Positions 22,824 through 25,738 of a stretch of 25,738 nucleotides of DNA are shown one piece after another. Where the stretch lies: IMG/VR virus record IMGVR_UViG_2690316286_000008; one strand, 5' to 3'. The DNA is from a virus (Duplodnaviria > Heunggongvirae > Uroviricota > Caudoviricetes). The notes beneath the pieces are model-generated. The model ran no database searches. It saw only the letters and a program-made list of their open reading frames with translations, and was not told the DNA's origin. The position numbers and the translations under genes are program-made. Numbering within the stretch: the first letter of the stretch is position 1; every line of letters starts with the position of its first letter.

Positions 22824-23804
22824 ATGCTGACACTTGCCCGCCAACAACAGCGACAAAATATTCGCTGGTTATTATGCCTGTCAGTTTTGATGCTGCTGGC
22901 GCTTCTCTTAAGCCTTTGCGCCGGTGAACAATGGATTTCGCCAGGTGACTGGTTTACTCCTCGTGGCGAACTGTTCGTCTGGCAAATTCGCCTGCCACGT
23001 ACGCTGGCTGTATTGCTGGTTGGTGCGGCGCTGGCTATATCCGGCGCTGTAATGCAGGCGTTGTTTGAAAATCCTCTGGCAGAACCTGGACTACTTGGCG
23101 TCTCTAACGGCGCAGGCGTGGGGCTTATCGCCGCGGTATTGCTTGGGCAAGGGCAACTCCCCAACTGGGCGCTAGGGCTGTGTGCGATTGCTGGCGCGCT
23201 TATCATCACTTTAATACTCTTACGTTTCGCCCGTCGTCATCTTTCGACCAGTCGGTTATTGCTGGCTGGCGTTGCATTAGGGATTATCTGTAGCGCACTA
23301 ATGACGTGGGCTATCTACTTTTCCACCTCTGTTGATTTACGTCAGCTGATGTACTGGATGATGGGCGGTTTTGGCGGCGTAGACTGGCGGCAAAGCTGGC
23401 TGATGCTGGCATTGATCCCCGTGTTGTTGTGGATCTGTTGTCAGTCCAGGCCGATGAATATGTTAGCACTTGGCGAGATCTCGGCGCGGCAACTGGGTTT
23501 ACCCCTGTGGTTCTGGCGCAATGTGCTGGTGGCAGCGACCGGCTGGATGGTTGGCGTCAGTGTGGCGCTGGCGGGTGCTATCGGCTTTATTGGTCTGGTG
23601 ATCCCACATATTCTTCGGTTGTGTGGTTTAACCGATCATCGCGTATTACTTCCCGGCTGCGCGCTGGCAGGGGCGAGCGCAGTGCTGCTGGCCGATATTG
23701 TAGCGCGCCTGGCATTAGCTGCCGCAGAGCTGCCTATTGGCGTGGTCACCGCAACGTTGGGTGCGCCGGTGTTTATCTGGTTATTGTTAAAAGCAGGACG
23801 TTAG
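22824..23804 (+). CDS. btuC: Vitamin B12 ABC transporter permease BtuC
   Basis: 326-aa translation matches E. coli BtuC along its length as recalled ([17 protein letters not shown]...LLLKAGR). Confidence 0.95.
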   Translation: MLTLARQQQRQNIRWLLCLSVLMLLALLLSLCAGEQWISPGDWFTPRGELFVWQIRLPRTLAVLLVGAALAISGAVMQALFENPLAEPGLLGVSNGAGVGLIAAVLLGQGQLPNWALGLCAIAGALIITLILLRFARRHLSTSRLLLAGVALGIICSALMTWAIYFSTSVDLRQLMYWMMGGFGGVDWRQSWLMLALIPVLLWICCQSRPMNMLALGEISARQLGLPLWFWRNVLVAATGWMVGVSVALAGAIGFIGLVIPHILRLCGLTDHRVLLPGCALAGASAVLLADIVARLALAAAELPIGVVTATLGAPVFIWLLLKAGR

Positions 23805-23866
23805 CCGCAAAAAGACGGTCTATGATTAAAAGCTAAGATTTTTACTGACCACACCCAGGAGAAACG

Positions 23867-24418
23867 ATGCAAGATTCCATTCTGACGACCGTAGTGAAAG
23901 ATATCGACGGTGAAGTGACCACGCTGGAGAAGTACGCCGGTAATGTGCTGTTGATTGTCAATGTCGCCTCAAAGTGTGGCTTAACGCCGCAATATGAGCA
24001 GTTGGAGAATATTCAGAAAGCCTGGGCCGATCGAGGTTTTGTGGTGCTGGGATTCCCGTGCAACCAGTTTCTGGAACAAGAACCGGGCAGCGATGAAGAG
24101 ATTAAAACTTACTGTACCACCACATGGGGGGTGACGTTCCCGATGTTCAGTAAGATTGAAGTTAACGGCGAAGGACGCCATCCGCTGTATCAAAAATTGA
24201 TTGCCGCAGCGCCGACCGCAGTCGCGCCGGAAGAGAGCGGATTCTATGCCCGTATGGTCAGCAAAGGTCGTGCACCGCTGTACCCTGATGATATTTTATG
24301 GAATTTTGAGAAATTTTTAGTTGGCAGGGACGGATTGGTCATCCAGCGTTTTTCCCCGGATATGACGCCGGAAGACCCCATTGTGATGGAAAGCATTAAA
24401 CTGGCGTTGGCAAAATAA
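23867..24418 (+). CDS. btuE: Glutathione peroxidase-family protein BtuE
   Basis: 183-aa ORF with GPx motifs (NVASKCG, WNFEKFL); position between btuC and btuD. Confidence 0.93.
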
Positions 24419-25167
24419 TGTCTATTGTGATGCAGTTACAGGATGTTGCGGAATCTACCCGCCTGGGGCCACTTTCTGGCGAGGTTCGGGCTGGGGAGAT
24501 CCTGCACCTGGTGGGGCCGAATGGCGCGGGTAAGAGTACCTTACTGGCACGAATGGCCGGAATGACCAGCGGTAAGGGAAGTATTCAGTTCGCGGGGCAA
24601 CCACTGGAAGCATGGTCCGCAACAAAACTCGCGCTGCATCGCGCCTATCTTTCACAACAGCAGACGCCGCCGTTTGCAATGCCGGTCTGGCACTATCTGA
24701 CACTGCATCAGCACGATAAAACGCGTACCGAACTACTGAATGATGTCGCAGGGGCGCTGGCTCTTGATGACAAACTCGGACGTAGCACCAATCAACTTTC
24801 CGGCGGTGAATGGCAACGCGTACGTCTTGCTGCGGTGGTGCTGCAAATCACACCACAAGCCAATCCCGCAGGCCAATTGCTGCTTCTTGATGAGCCGATG
24901 AACAGTCTTGATGTTGCGCAACAAAGTGCGTTAGACAAAATTCTGAGCGCTCTGTGTCAGCAAGGACTGGCGATTGTGATGAGCAGTCACGATCTCAACC
25001 ACACATTGCGTCATGCGCATCGGGCGTGGTTGCTAAAAGGTGGAAAAATGCTGGCCAGTGGACGCAGAGAAGAGGTGCTCACGCCGCCAAATCTGGCGCA
25101 GGCCTATGGGATGAATTTTCGCCGTCTGGATATCGAAGGTCACAGAATGCTGATTTCGACCATCTGA
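24418..25167 (+). CDS. btuD: Vitamin B12 ABC transporter ATP-binding protein BtuD
   Basis: Walker [10 protein letters not shown], signature LSGGEWQRV, Walker B LLLLDEP; 249 aa. Confidence 0.95.
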
Positions 25168-25244
25168 TTTCATTAGTATCTTGAAAATCGGGTAATTACG
25201 ACGCTAAATTAATGCAAGAATAAAAAACAGAGGAACCGTACGGA

Positions 25245-25709
25245 ATGCGTTTCTGCCTTATTTTGATCACAGCACTGTTTCTGGCCGGGTGTAGCCACCA
25301 TAAAGCACCGCCGCCAAATGCCAGACTTTCTGATTCGATTACCGTTATTGCCGGTTTGAACGACCAGCTACAAAGCTGGCATGGCACGCCGTATCGTTAT
25401 GGTGGCATGACGCGGCGCGGTGTGGACTGTTCGGGATTTGTGGTTGTAACGATGCGCGATCGTTTCGATTTGCAGCTGCCCCGAGAAACCAAAGAACAAG
25501 CCTCTATCGGCACGCAAATTGATAAAGACGAGTTGCTGCCTGGTGACCTGGTCTTTTTCAAAACGGGTTCCGGACAAAATGGTTTGCATGTAGGTATTTA
25601 CGATACCAACAACCAATTTATCCACGCCTCTACCAGCAAGGGAGTGATGCGTTCCTCACTTGATAATGTCTATTGGCAGAAAAATTTCTGGCAGGCGAGA
25701 CGAATCTAA
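25245..25709 (+). CDS. nlpC: NlpC/P60-family lipoprotein NlpC
   Basis: Lipobox LAGCS, catalytic Cys context DCSGFV; 154 aa; RBS GAGGAA. Confidence 0.9.
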   Translation: MRFCLILITALFLAGCSHHKAPPPNARLSDSITVIAGLNDQLQSWHGTPYRYGGMTRRGVDCSGFVVVTMRDRFDLQLPRETKEQASIGTQIDKDELLPGDLVFFKTGSGQNGLHVGIYDTNNQFIHASTSKGVMRSSLDNVYWQKNFWQARRI

Positions 25710-25738
25710 ATAGCTGCGCGGAATAGTAGATCACTTTG

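Noticed and set aside
22766-23209. 147-aa minus-strand ORF overlapping the btuC 5' region
   Set aside because: Antisense to the well-conserved btuC gene; shadow ORF.

Overview
This window holds about 22.7 kb of an integrated P2-like (Peduovirus-type) prophage, followed by the host btuC-btuE-btuD-nlpC locus (22824-25709). The prophage part shows near-complete P2 synteny: tail fibre and baseplate genes (H partial, I, J, W, V, S, R), a lysis cassette (lysC/lysB, K, Y), X, L, M, N, O on the minus strand, then terminase P and portal Q on the plus strand, the presumed cos region, replication gene A, a run of small early genes, a Cox-like gene, the C repressor and a P2-type tyrosine integrase. Two blocks are not part of the conserved backbone. 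The first is a five-gene minus-strand operon (12622-14918) at the classic variable locus between cos/Q and gene A (where P2 itself carries old/tin): a clear ParM-like actin-fold ATPase and a ParR-like protein, followed by three tightly coupled small proteins of unknown function (174 aa; 79 aa; 61-aa Cys-rich zinc ribbon), flanked by unusual repeat and hairpin elements. The second is a two-gene module abutting the integrase stop codon (21593-22631), markedly AT-rich at its start: a zinc-ribbon protein and a coiled-coil protein with a C-terminal membrane anchor. I regard the first as the best candidate for an undescribed accessory or defence-type system, and the second as a further candidate. 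All calls rest on reading the translations and sequence by eye and on recalled family features; no database search was run. A 126-nt run of N (6262-6387) is an assembly gap between genes L and M.
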